Assembly: GCA_963838935.1 (NCBI GenBank)
Contig: CAWITH010000035.1
Coordinates: 84,536 to 148,535 of the forward strand
Direction: 5' to 3'
From: an uncultured Acidobacteriaceae bacterium
GTDB lineage: Bacteria > Acidobacteriota > Terriglobia > Terriglobales > Acidobacteriaceae
DNA length: 64,000 nucleotides
Below are positions 1 through 9,274 of this stretch, one piece after another (the stretch's first letter is position 1; every line of letters begins with the position of its first letter). The translations under genes and the position numbers were made by a program. The notes under the pieces were generated by a model. That model saw only the letters and a program-made list of their open reading frames with translations. It ran no database searches and was not told where the DNA came from.

Positions 1-19
1 CCTGTGGTTCCAGAGAATT

Positions 20-802
20 TCAGCGGTACTTGGGATCAAGAAAAGGCGGAAAGTTGCCTCTTTTGCCGGTGACAAGCAACTCCGAGTCAAAGTGCCCGTG
101 CTCGTTGACTCCAAACAACCGGTGCCGGATTTGGCTTTCTTTCAAGAAAGGCCAGCGCATGAGCTTGCCCAGTTTCTGTTTGAAACCTGGAGGATGCGCG
201 AGAGGTACATGAAAGCAAATCTCATCGAAACCGCAAATATCCAATAGTGAAGCCAGATTCCCGCTACTGAACCCATATTCGTGCGCCAGGGTTACGTACA
301 ACGACGAATTGGCGCAAGGCCCCTCCATATTGGGCGTGCGCAGCATCAGCATGCCGCCAGGCTTCAGTGCTTGGTACAACGCATCGACCACCCACAACAA
401 CGAGTACTTGGGGATGTGCTCAATCACGTGAGACATGTGGATAAACTCGTAGGTCTCGGGTTTGTCGGCAAGAAAGACACCAATATCGCTTTGGATTTCG
501 GACAGCGCCAGGGCACCGGGTGCCCATGCTTTTACGTGGGCCTTATTTGCGATGGCAAAATCAGCGCCGGAAAGGTTCGTGTACCCCAGCCGCAAACAAG
601 CCGCCAGGAACCAGCCTCCGCCAAAACCAACATCGAGAATAGCGGTTTGTTTGTTACTGGGCAGAAGGCCGCTCAATTCCTGTGCGGCCTGCAAGACCCG
701 AGGATCGTCCTTTACCTCCGCCCAGCTAGGAGCACGCCGCTCGGCACGATGCCGTAAACTCATGCGGCGATAAACTTCAGCTACAAATGCGTGGGGATCC
801 AC
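20..802 (-). CDS. class I SAM-dependent methyltransferase
   Basis: 260-aa ORF with SAM-binding glycine loop ILDVGFGGGW and downstream FIHMSHVIEH / LMLRTPN motifs. Co-directional with the glycan cluster to its right. Confidence 0.7.
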   Translation of the reverse strand: MDPHAFVAEVYRRMSLRHRAERRAPSWAEVKDDPRVLQAAQELSGLLPSNKQTAILDVGFGGGWFLAACLRLGYTNLSGADFAIANKAHVKAWAPGALALSEIQSDIGVFLADKPETYEFIHMSHVIEHIPKYSLLWVVDALYQALKPGGMLMLRTPNMEGPCANSSLYVTLAHEYGFSSGNLASLLDICGFDEICFHVPLAHPPGFKQKLGKLMRWPFLKESQIRHRLFGVNEHGHFDSELLVTGKRGNFPPFLDPKYR

Positions 803-886
803 TCGATTTTCAATCCAGAAATTTCGATCCTACCACACGCGCTATTCGATTTGAGCAAAAGTGTTCCCAGTATCAAGGAGCAGCGT

Positions 887-2617
887 TCAATGCGAAAGAA
901 CTTCCGACAGGACTTCCGGAGAAATCGCCTGCACTAGCTGGCGTGCGGTGCCCGCAGCGGGCATAACCGCACCCAACATCTCTGGAATGCGCAGCAGTTC
1001 ATCCGGGAATTCGAGCATTCGCCCCACACCGAAGCGGACATATTGAGGTGCATATCCGGTGTAAGCATGTCGCAACCAGCCGCACAAAAAAACAGGGATT
1101 CCGACCGATGCACATTCGCAAGCGACTGTGGATTCGACCGTCACTGCGCACCATGTCCTCTGAAAAATCTCTGGAGACAGCGGTGCATCCGTCACGCTTA
1201 CCAATTCGCGGTCCGCCTTGTTTAACGTCCGTGCCAACAACCGGCGCCGCTGCCGGGCACTCTCAAACGGATGCAGCTTCAAAACCACTTTCTTGCCCGA
1301 CCTGCGGGCAGCCGCGCAGAGGCGGGGCAGTAACTCGCGGTAAATCGGCTCTACCCGCCCGAAATCCACTTCATACGGCTCGGTGAACAACGTGATCCAG
1401 GGAGCCTTCTCACTCCAGACTGAAGCATTCTCGAGCGGCCGAGACGCCGCTCCAATCCGAATCCGGACGGCATCGACTCCGCAGATGCGTTCCAGATAGT
1501 CACGCTCCATCTCGCCTTTCGCGAGATAACTGGAAAAGCGAAGATTCTTGTGCGCCATGCGGCAATCGAGTGCTCCATGATGGCACGCGACCGCCGGAAT
1601 CTTCCGCTCCGCCGCCAACAGCAGAGGGATCCGCGTGTAAGGATTCGAATCGTCTGCGCTCAGACAGCCCACCACCGAATGCGTCTCAAAGACCTTCAGC
1701 CAGGCATCGCGAACCGCAAGTCCCCAGCGCAGCCAACGCGGCCCCTGTTTCAATATCTCGAGGTGAACGGGCAACCGGAATGCCGGATGTGTTTGCAGCG
1801 ACCGCTCCATGCGCGTCCAGCGGACTTCAAGTTTCTGCAATTCATGCTGGTCGCACCCTTTCGGTGCAAAACCCGCCAGAAGGACAGTCTTCACATTAGC
1901 CGGAACCGGCGAAACGGCCGCGGACTCCCGCGCGACAACCAGCAGGAATTTTTTATCGGGCAAAACTTCTGCGTAGCCGAGTGCGGTTTTGGTCACATTC
2001 GAATAGGCCGTCGGAAGCAGCACCACCGGCCCCGATTCCGATTTCCATTTTGATAACCGTGCTGGCCACCCCGCAAACCTCCTGCGCCAGCGGTAATGCG
2101 GATCGTACTTGTCGTACACCACCTGGCGGAATTGCACAAAACTCAGGTTCGCGGCTGCGACCGCGCTGCGACGCAAGATTCTGGGCACCAGGCGCTCCCG
2201 CAGTCTCCTGTGGAGCACTTGCAGCGGTATTCCCAACTGCAGTCGCAAAACTTCTGCCGTCATCGACGGCCGGCTCACTGCCAGCTTGCGACATCGGCTA
2301 AGTCTCTCGGCCAGTCGAAGCGCCAGTCTCACATCTTGCAAATCCGATTGCAGCATCAAACCGATCACGTCCCACCAGTCGATGCCAAAATCGTCCACCA
2401 CCTCTCCCATGCCGAGTTGGAGGAGGTCGCGCCAAATCTGCATGTCCTCAACTTCGACGGCAAGGTCAAAAATGCTGAAGACCGCGCAGCCCAACGCAGC
2501 ACTCTGTTCGTCGTAGAAAGATTTTGGCGCTCGCCCCAGGTCGATTACCGAATCCCAATGCTGATGGGTCCACGAGCCGTGGAAGTCATCGCCGGGATGT
2601 AAGAGGAGAACTCGCAT
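887..2617 (-). CDS. hypothetical protein; possible capsule-type/GT-B-like sugar transferase of the Pse cluster
   Basis: 576-aa ORF with coding-like composition, last large gene downstream of pseI on the same strand. The C-terminal half (KKVVLKLHPFES...VESTVACECASVGIPVF) loosely resembles HP-motif capsule/nonulosonate transferases. No family could be assigned by eye. Confidence 0.5.
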   Translation of the reverse strand: MRVLLLHPGDDFHGSWTHQHWDSVIDLGRAPKSFYDEQSAALGCAVFSIFDLAVEVEDMQIWRDLLQLGMGEVVDDFGIDWWDVIGLMLQSDLQDVRLALRLAERLSRCRKLAVSRPSMTAEVLRLQLGIPLQVLHRRLRERLVPRILRRSAVAAANLSFVQFRQVVYDKYDPHYRWRRRFAGWPARLSKWKSESGPVVLLPTAYSNVTKTALGYAEVLPDKKFLLVVARESAAVSPVPANVKTVLLAGFAPKGCDQHELQKLEVRWTRMERSLQTHPAFRLPVHLEILKQGPRWLRWGLAVRDAWLKVFETHSVVGCLSADDSNPYTRIPLLLAAERKIPAVACHHGALDCRMAHKNLRFSSYLAKGEMERDYLERICGVDAVRIRIGAASRPLENASVWSEKAPWITLFTEPYEVDFGRVEPIYRELLPRLCAAARRSGKKVVLKLHPFESARQRRRLLARTLNKADRELVSVTDAPLSPEIFQRTWCAVTVESTVACECASVGIPVFLCGWLRHAYTGYAPQYVRFGVGRMLEFPDELLRIPEMLGAVMPAAGTARQLVQAISPEVLSEVLSH

Positions 2618-2623
2618 AGAAAC

Positions 2624-2708
2624 AGGTGTCAGGTCTTAGGTCTTAGGTCTTAGGTCTTAAGGTTCTAGGGCTGGGTGAATTTCCTAAGACCTGACACCTA
2701 AGACCTGG
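2624..2708. repeat. tandem heptamer (AGGTCTT x4) embedded in a 17-bp perfect inverted repeat
   Basis: AGGTGTCAGGTCTTAGG at 2624-2640 is the exact reverse complement of 2683-2699. AGGTCTT repeats four times at 2631-2658, and CCTAAGACCTG occurs twice at 2683-2708. The element overlaps the pseI stop codon and ends 6 nt before the ATG of the next gene. Confidence 0.9.
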
Positions 2709-3780
2709 TTGTTCTCGCCACCATCGCCCAACTCAACGGTGTTCCACGTTCCACATCGCAGGCCGCGCGCCTTCCCAGAACTTCGTCGAGGTGACGAGGG
2801 TGCAATCCGTCCGCTGGACGAATCGAACGCACGTTCTGCTTCGTAAACAAATCGCCCTTCTTGATATCTTCGACCACAAACAGCGAGCGCCGAAACTTCC
2901 GGCTGTTGGCCTCGTGGAGTCCGGGGACAAGCTGGACCGAGCCGAGAGCCTTCTCGGCCGTGCGCACTGCTTCCACCATCGCCTTGAATTCTGCGGGTTC
3001 GAGCGAAAACGCGCTGTCCGGCCCGCCATCTGCTCGCCGCAGACAAAGATGTTTCTCGATGATGGAAGCTCCGAGCGCCACCGCGGCGACCGGAACCGCG
3101 ATTCCCATCGTGTGATCGGAAAGTCCCACCGGACAGCCGAAACGGCGCGCCAGTTCCGGAATCGTGAGCAGGTTTGCCTCTTCCGGCGGCGCCGGATAGG
3201 CGCTGGTGCATTTCAGCAACGCAATCTGAGTTGCACCGGCTCCGCTGGCCGCTTCCACCGCTTCGGCAATTTCCTCTTCGCTGGCCATTCCCGTGGACAT
3301 GATCATCGGCTTCCCGGTTCGAGCCATCTTCTGGATCAAGCCAATGTCCACCAGTTCAAACGATGCCACCTTGTGCGCCGGAACATTCATCTGTTCGAGA
3401 AAGTCGACAGCACTATCGTCGAACGCGCTCGAAAACAAATGCATTCCGAGTTCGCCGGCAATCTCTTTCAGCTTCGGCTGCCACTCCCAGGGCGTAAACG
3501 CTTCCTGGTAGAGGTCGTGAAGTGTGCGCCCATCCCACAGCGTGCCCCCCGTGATCTGAAAACATTCTTTGTCGCTGCGCAGCGTGATGGTATCGGCCGT
3601 GTAGGTCTGGAGTTTGACGGCGTCAGCGCCGGCGTCCTTGGCGGCGCGAAGAATCCGGACCGCCTGATCAAAGCTCTGATTGTGATTGGCGGAAAGCTCG
3701 GCAACGACATAGGTCCCGCAGCCCGGACCGACTCGCCTTCCAGCAATCATTATTTCTGTCGATGGTCTCTCACTCGGCAT
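2698..3780 (-). CDS. pseI: pseudaminic acid synthase (NeuB/PseI family)
   Basis: NeuB-family motifs VVAELSANHNQSFDQA and DAVKLQTY, plus a C-terminal SAF-like domain. Start placed at ATG 3780 (alternative 3750) rather than the longest ORF start 3819. Sits in a cluster with pseB, pseC and pseG/H. Confidence 0.85.
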   Translation of the reverse strand: MPSERPSTEIMIAGRRVGPGCGTYVVAELSANHNQSFDQAVRILRAAKDAGADAVKLQTYTADTITLRSDKECFQITGGTLWDGRTLHDLYQEAFTPWEWQPKLKEIAGELGMHLFSSAFDDSAVDFLEQMNVPAHKVASFELVDIGLIQKMARTGKPMIMSTGMASEEEIAEAVEAASGAGATQIALLKCTSAYPAPPEEANLLTIPELARRFGCPVGLSDHTMGIAVPVAAVALGASIIEKHLCLRRADGGPDSAFSLEPAEFKAMVEAVRTAEKALGSVQLVPGLHEANSRKFRRSLFVVEDIKKGDLFTKQNVRSIRPADGLHPRHLDEVLGRRAACDVERGTPLSWAMVARTTRS

Positions 3781-5293
3781 GAGCTGGGGCCCCGCCCTCC
3801 CACGTAAACAACAAAGCATCCTGGCCGGCTACTCGTTCTCTCCCGGCGGGCCGAAACCCGATAGCTTCGAACAAGCGAACTGAAGCGCGATTGTCCGGCC
3901 TCACGAATGCCTGAATTCGCCTTATAGCGTGTGTGCGCACCACGGAACCCGTAGAAAACGCGATCAGATCCCTGCCCCAGCCCTGGCCACGAAACTCCGG
4001 GGCGACGTTAATCGAGAGCACTGCATTTTCGTCTTTGATCTGGAATCGCACCACGCCCACCGGCTCTCCGGCTGCGTTCTCGCCAATGTAGATTACGGAC
4101 TGCGTATCCTGAAGCCGCTCGGCAAACCAGCGGACGTGGTCGTCCCAGGAAATAGCAGCGGAATGAAACGACGCCGCGCGTGCCACTGGGTCATCTGCCC
4201 ACTTGAACAATAATCGGGAGTCGTTCTCACCCGCCATCCGCAAGTTCAATTCTCTGCCGAGAAGTGCAGCGCGTACTCTCTCGCTGCCCAAGCCATCCAC
4301 CAGTTGCCTCCCCGCTTCCGACATCTTGAACCGCCGGTCCCCATTCTCCAATAACTGGGCCGTGATGAGCGCGAGAGAAGAACAATTGAGCAATTGCGCG
4401 GAGCCCGCATTGACCGCCGCTCCAATCCCTGCCAGATGCTCGGCGATGAACCGCTGATTCTCGGCCGCAACCACCAGGACCGCTGGCACGCCCAATAGAC
4501 ACATCTCCCAGCAAGTGGTACCCGCACCAGCGATAGCCAGATCGGCCCACGCCATCAGATCCGCCATGTTGGCCACATTTGACATCACTTCGACTCGGTC
4601 GGAAAACTTTTCTGCTTCTTCCGCGACGCCATCCCCATTTTCCGCACTGCCGCCCACGACCACACGAATTCGCAGGTCATCAATTGACAACTCGGCTAGT
4701 ACTGACAGAATGCGCGGTGTGAGGTTCTGGGGATCGCTCCCGCCCATGGTAAGCAAAACTCGTTTGCCGCGCTCCGGCACCTTTCGCGTCCAATTCCGGT
4801 AATTCGTAAACTCGCTTCTGAGTAGCGCATAACGCGGGCCGAGAAGGAGGCGAGTTCGCGGCGCTCGTTTCGCGTACATTTCCGCTCGTGCGTGCATATT
4901 TTGATTCAGGATGAGGTCAGCCGAGTAGGATTCGAGTTCGCCATTATCATCGATGACCAAAAGTGGACGGACATTCTGCAACTCTGACACATAATGTGCA
5001 TGGAAGTGGTAACCATCCACTACGAGCCATTCGGCATTGTGCCGCAGAACCGCCGCGATGGTATCCCGGACATCCTCGGAGCTGCCAGAATCTGCTTCGA
5101 GGTCCACAATCCTTATCTGTTCCGATCGAAGCCGTTCCCGAATGGCGGCGGTAGCCTCTGCCATGGCCAAGATCACATCTCCGCCCGCATGTTGCCAAGC
5201 CTGAGCGAGGGCGAGGCAACGCATCACGTGCCCGGTACCGGACGTCACGGTGGCATCTGCACGAACCAGAAGGATGCCACGCTTCATCTGCAC
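3770..5293 (-). CDS. pseGH: bifunctional PseG-like UDP-2,4-diacetamido-2,4,6-trideoxy-L-altropyranose hydrolase / PseH-like GNAT N-acetyltransferase
   Basis: The N-terminal ~340 aa carry RADATVTSGTGHVMRCLALAQAW, typical of PseG. The C-terminal ~160 aa form a GNAT fold (FRGQGWGRDLI) as in PseH. Single uninterrupted 507-aa ORF. Confidence 0.8.
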   Translation of the reverse strand: MQMKRGILLVRADATVTSGTGHVMRCLALAQAWQHAGGDVILAMAEATAAIRERLRSEQIRIVDLEADSGSSEDVRDTIAAVLRHNAEWLVVDGYHFHAHYVSELQNVRPLLVIDDNGELESYSADLILNQNMHARAEMYAKRAPRTRLLLGPRYALLRSEFTNYRNWTRKVPERGKRVLLTMGGSDPQNLTPRILSVLAELSIDDLRIRVVVGGSAENGDGVAEEAEKFSDRVEVMSNVANMADLMAWADLAIAGAGTTCWEMCLLGVPAVLVVAAENQRFIAEHLAGIGAAVNAGSAQLLNCSSLALITAQLLENGDRRFKMSEAGRQLVDGLGSERVRAALLGRELNLRMAGENDSRLLFKWADDPVARAASFHSAAISWDDHVRWFAERLQDTQSVIYIGENAAGEPVGVVRFQIKDENAVLSINVAPEFRGQGWGRDLIAFSTGSVVRTHAIRRIQAFVRPDNRASVRLFEAIGFRPAGRERVAGQDALLFTWEGGAPAHAE

Positions 5294-5375
5294 TCGTTAT
5301 TCTCCAGGCTTTGCTTCCTACTCATGCACAGCTTCGGGAAAGGCACCGACATTGCGAACCGGAACACTTCTTGCC

Positions 5376-6047
5376 TTATTGCCCCTTGCTACGCAGAAGG
5401 AACATCGAATCCACGTTGTCGTTTTCCAGATATTTCAGTCTCTGCTCCAAAACCAATTCGAGATCAGGGAAGCTCTGAGCGTAGAGGTGGGCGTAGTCGG
5501 CCTTCCAGAGAAGTCCGGCCTGGCCGCGATATACAACTTCGGTCATCTGCGGCGCACAATATTCAAATCCCCAAATCCAGCGTTTTGCACAACGATGGAT
5601 CTCATTCATGGCGACTCGGAGATCCTGCGGAGCAATATGGATCAGAAGCCCCGAGGTAAAAACCAAGTCAAACCTCGCGTCGTCAAAAGGAATCTTGAGT
5701 GCAGAGCCCTCCATCACTGTCGCCCAGGGGACCCGAGAATGAGCCTTCTCCACGATTTCTTCGCGAATCTCAATTCCGCTTAGATTCTCAAATCCCATTT
5801 GTTTGAGGAGAATCAGCTGGTTGCCGAGATTACACCCAACTTCAAGGATCGATACCGATCGTGGAATGTCAGCGAGAAAGCGGCGGTTGAGTGCAGTCCG
5901 GGTCACTCCGTAGTTGCGCTGGTAGATCTTGTCCAGATCCTCCGGGCCCAGAAGGTTTCGCTCACTGTATTCCTTGCCAAATTCTCCTCGCCATTTCTCG
6001 CTTTGCTTTGTTTCGGGCAGATTTCCCGGCCCTGAACCGTCGCGCAT
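5376..6047 (-). CDS. SAM-dependent methyltransferase (pseudaminic-acid-cluster-associated methylase type)
   Basis: 223 aa. SAM loop ILEVGCNLGNQL. The N-terminal WRGEFGKEYSERN resembles methylases found in Pse loci. Position between pseGH and the fusion gene supports the assignment. Confidence 0.65.
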   Translation of the reverse strand: MRDGSGPGNLPETKQSEKWRGEFGKEYSERNLLGPEDLDKIYQRNYGVTRTALNRRFLADIPRSVSILEVGCNLGNQLILLKQMGFENLSGIEIREEIVEKAHSRVPWATVMEGSALKIPFDDARFDLVFTSGLLIHIAPQDLRVAMNEIHRCAKRWIWGFEYCAPQMTEVVYRGQAGLLWKADYAHLYAQSFPDLELVLEQRLKYLENDNVDSMFLLRSKGQ

Positions 6048-6073
6048 GAAAACCTCTCTGTTCCATCTTAAAT

Positions 6074-9000
6074 TCAGCGCACCCGGAACACCGGTTGAAT
6101 CATTTCACCTTCCAAATGCGTTTCAGGATGCGCCGCGCTCAGCCATTCCGACACGGTTTTGCACACGTCCGCGTACACGCGCAGGGTCTGTTCAACCGCC
6201 AGCGGATCATGCGCTGCCGTCATGTTATGCGAGGTCAACAGCAGCACTCCACGTTTTACGCACTCTTGTGTGAACAGACTTCTTACCAGAAAACTATCTT
6301 TGCCGTCGGCATCGAGGAACTTTATCAGCGACCAAACGGGATAACCAATGCACTTGACGCGAGTCTGCAGTCCCGCCTGCTTTGCGAGCGCGTTCAATCC
6401 CTCCTGCAGCACGCGCCCATTTGCATCCATGCGAGCTAGCGCGTCGGTAGTTTCCAGTACATCAAGCACCTTCATGGCCGCCGCCATCGACGCCACTTCG
6501 CCCCCGAAGGTGAAGCTAAAAAAGATGTCTTCAAACACCTTCATGACGTCTGCTCTTCCCACCACGCACGAAATGGGAAATCCGTTGCCCATCGCTTTCC
6601 CAAAACAAGCGAGATCAGGAGTCACGCCGAACTTTTTTTGCGCGCCGCCCAGCCCAAAATGAAAACCGCTGCAGATCTCGTCGAAGATGAGCAGCGCCCC
6701 GTGCTCGTGCGCCAGATCTCTCACGCCTTCCAGAAATCGCGCCCCCGGAGGCCAGAAGTTCACCGGTTCCATGATGACGGCAGCGAACTCGCCTTTGTGT
6801 TCGCTCAAGAGCTTTTGCAGCGATCCCAGATCGTTGTATACGAAGGGATGCGTCAATGCCCGCACCGCTTCTGGAACGCCAGCATTTCGCGTGGTGCTGC
6901 CGATGTACCAGTCCTGCCATCCGTGGTAACCACAGCAGGCGATCCGCTCGCGTCCGGTGAGGGCGCGCGCCGCGCGCACCGCTCCGGAGGTGGCATCCGA
7001 TCCGTTCTTGCCAAAGCGCACTTTCTCCGCGCAGGGGATGAACCGGGTCAACCGCTCCGCCAGTTCCACTTCCAGCGGGTGCGGCAGCGAAAAACTGTGC
7101 CCTTGTCCCAGTTGCGCCGTCACTGCCGCATTCACCTCTTCGTGCACGTAGCCGAGAATGTTCGGCAGCAGTCCCTGGATGTAGTCAACGTATTCATTCC
7201 CGTCCACATCCCAAACCCGGCAACCTTTGCCCTTCGCCAGAAACACGGGCGCGACACCGCGGACGTGCTGATTCCAGCCCTTACTGAAGGTCTGCGCAGA
7301 GCCGGGAATCACCTTCTGCGCCCGCTCCAGCCAGGCGTTCGATTTTTCAATCGGCCGGCCCGGCGCTGCCGCCGCACGCGCATCTTCGTAAAGGCTTTTG
7401 TAGTATCCGACGTTGGAAACAATATCCGAATTCATCTTTTCCAATCCCGGATTCTTCTCGATCAATTGCAAAACATCTTTCATCCCAAAACTCTCTTGTG
7501 CGCGAAAAGCCCTGTACACCGCCCGGATGAACTCCAGGTCGTTCGGCTCGTCCACCGTCCACCGGTAATGTTGGTACAAGATTATCCACTCGTTTTCGAC
7601 GTTGGCAGTGCGAAACTTTTCTGAACGCAGGTATGGAGTCACGTGCTCGCGCTCCGAAGTCTTGCCCGCCTCGTGCCATGCCCGTTCCAGCGCGGAAAAC
7701 GAAAAGATCTCCGTATCCAGTCCATCGGGATAGCTTCGCACCATGGCATTGGAGGCGTAATCAAGATCGCCGCTTTGAAAACGGCGGACAACTCGATCAA
7801 TCACTTCGGGATCAATCAAGGGACAATCGGCCGTGATGCGCACTACCTGCTCGGCTTTCTCCGCACGCGCCGCGTGGTAGAAACGATCCAGCACATCGTT
7901 CTCGCTGCCCCGATGGCATGGGACATCGTTCTCCCGGCACATCTTTTCGATGGCATCGTCCGCCGGAGCGGTGGAAGTGGCCACCACCACTCGATCCACC
8001 ATTCGGGAACGCTTCACGCGTTGTATGACGTGCCACAACATTGGACGTCCTTCGATCTCCGCCAAGGTCTTGCCCGGCAACCGCCTCGATCCCATTCGCG
8101 CCTGAATGATCGCAACCACCGGTCCCTCGCTCGGTTCGCTCGTCCAATTTAGCGGCTGCGGCCTTTCCTCCGCCGACGACTTCTTGGCTGCTTCCACCAC
8201 CCGGATCACATCTCGTCCTTGCTCAAGATCAACCATGGGCCCCGTTTTGCTGCCGAGAGATTCCAGGAAGTGAACCATCTCCGCCAAATACATATCGTTG
8301 GTTTCAAATTTGTACGGGATACTGTTCCACTCCAGCTTCTCGGCGAAAAACCAGCGCACTTCCTGGAGATTGAAATCCCACAACGCAGTACCAGCCTCGC
8401 CCACAACTTTGCAGCTCCGGGTGTATGCCCGCTGCACGAAATCCAGATGCAATTCCGCGCGACGCCGCTCCGGAAAACTCAGGTAGATCCACGCCGAGTC
8501 TTCCACGTCCACGTCCAGACTGCTGAGGTGCTCCGCCCGGCAGGTCACTTCCGTGGGACGCCCCAACAGCCAGCAAATGTAATCCAGTTCGTGAGAACCA
8601 TCGAGAATGATGCCCCCGCCCAGTTCCTGGCGCGCGCTGTAGCTTTCGCGGTAGTGCTGCCACGGGCGCCAATCCGGAAGGTATTGCCCCGCCTCCACAT
8701 TCAGCCAGAGCACGCGCCCGATCTTTCCCGTATCGATCAGCTCTTTCAATATCTTCAAACCGGGATGAAACCGCATGTTGTACCCGATCTGAACGATCCG
8801 GTCGTGGCGCCGCGCCTCGGCAATCAGCGCCTGGATTCCGCCCGATTCATGCGAGAGAGGCTTCTCGATGAAAACGTGGGCTTGAGCCTCCAGTGCGGCC
8901 AATGCCTCCTCCACGTGGCATACCGGTGGAGTGCAGATCAGCACGATATCGGGCTTGAATTTTTGCAGCGCCTCATTGTATTCGCCGAAGATTTCCCCGC

Positions 9001-9160
9001 CCAGTTCATCACGGCACTGCTTCAGCGTTTCGGGACTGGTGTCGCAAAGCCCAAGATTCCGCACCCCAAGCGACTTTAGATTTCTCGCGTGCCGGCGGCC
9101 AATAGACCCGCAACCGACCACCAAAGCCCGATATCCTACCCAGTCGGAAATGCTGGACAT
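6074..9160 (-). CDS. three-domain fusion: Gfo/Idh/MocA oxidoreductase + SpsF-like cytidylyltransferase + class III (GSA-aminomutase-like) aminotransferase
   Basis: 1028-aa ORF. Residues 1-335 hold a Rossmann fold (VVGCGSIGRRHA, EKPL). Residues ~348-575 carry VAIIQARMGSRRLPGK, typical of SpsF/acylneuraminate cytidylyltransferase-like enzymes. Residues ~600-1028 are a PLP aminotransferase (IFDEICSGF, CFGKAMGNGFP). Confidence 0.8.
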   Translation of the reverse strand: MSSISDWVGYRALVVGCGSIGRRHARNLKSLGVRNLGLCDTSPETLKQCRDELGGEIFGEYNEALQKFKPDIVLICTPPVCHVEEALAALEAQAHVFIEKPLSHESGGIQALIAEARRHDRIVQIGYNMRFHPGLKILKELIDTGKIGRVLWLNVEAGQYLPDWRPWQHYRESYSARQELGGGIILDGSHELDYICWLLGRPTEVTCRAEHLSSLDVDVEDSAWIYLSFPERRRAELHLDFVQRAYTRSCKVVGEAGTALWDFNLQEVRWFFAEKLEWNSIPYKFETNDMYLAEMVHFLESLGSKTGPMVDLEQGRDVIRVVEAAKKSSAEERPQPLNWTSEPSEGPVVAIIQARMGSRRLPGKTLAEIEGRPMLWHVIQRVKRSRMVDRVVVATSTAPADDAIEKMCRENDVPCHRGSENDVLDRFYHAARAEKAEQVVRITADCPLIDPEVIDRVVRRFQSGDLDYASNAMVRSYPDGLDTEIFSFSALERAWHEAGKTSEREHVTPYLRSEKFRTANVENEWIILYQHYRWTVDEPNDLEFIRAVYRAFRAQESFGMKDVLQLIEKNPGLEKMNSDIVSNVGYYKSLYEDARAAAAPGRPIEKSNAWLERAQKVIPGSAQTFSKGWNQHVRGVAPVFLAKGKGCRVWDVDGNEYVDYIQGLLPNILGYVHEEVNAAVTAQLGQGHSFSLPHPLEVELAERLTRFIPCAEKVRFGKNGSDATSGAVRAARALTGRERIACCGYHGWQDWYIGSTTRNAGVPEAVRALTHPFVYNDLGSLQKLLSEHKGEFAAVIMEPVNFWPPGARFLEGVRDLAHEHGALLIFDEICSGFHFGLGGAQKKFGVTPDLACFGKAMGNGFPISCVVGRADVMKVFEDIFFSFTFGGEVASMAAAMKVLDVLETTDALARMDANGRVLQEGLNALAKQAGLQTRVKCIGYPVWSLIKFLDADGKDSFLVRSLFTQECVKRGVLLLTSHNMTAAHDPLAVEQTLRVYADVCKTVSEWLSAAHPETHLEGEMIQPVFRVR

Positions 9161-9186
9161 GGGATTACATTGACTCCTTGGAAAAT

Positions 9187-9274
9187 CATTCGTTCGTCGC
9201 AGGTCGTTAGTCGTTGGTCGTTCGCGATGCGACGATGAATCTGACCAAAGACTAACGACCAGCTACTAACGACC
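9187..9274. repeat. GTCGTT-rich imperfect palindromic intergenic element
   Basis: GGTCGTTAGTCGTTGGTCGTT (9202-9222) is near-complementary to ACTAACGACCAGCTACTAACGACC (9251-9274). A second arm pair is ATTCGTTCGTCGC / GCGACGATGAAT. A related element lies at 42642-42726. Confidence 0.7.

Noticed and set aside
2631-2658. Tandem AGGTCTT repeats as a CRISPR array.
   Set aside because: The unit is only 7 nt, there are no spacers, and there are four contiguous copies. This is a microsatellite within a hairpin.
2791-3807. Long antisense ORFs opposite well-supported genes. Examples: 2791-3807, 6638-7624, 8219-9079, 10059-11342, 16526-17626, 22169-23176, 28924-29655, 31521-32975, 34953-35924, 44716-45348, 45761-46471, 47587-48288, 55435-56298, 56843-58189, 61337-62254.
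   Set aside because: Their translations are Arg/Gly/Pro/His-rich with no recognisable motifs. They lie fully inside genes with clear family signatures on the other strand. This is typical GC-driven shadow ORF behaviour.
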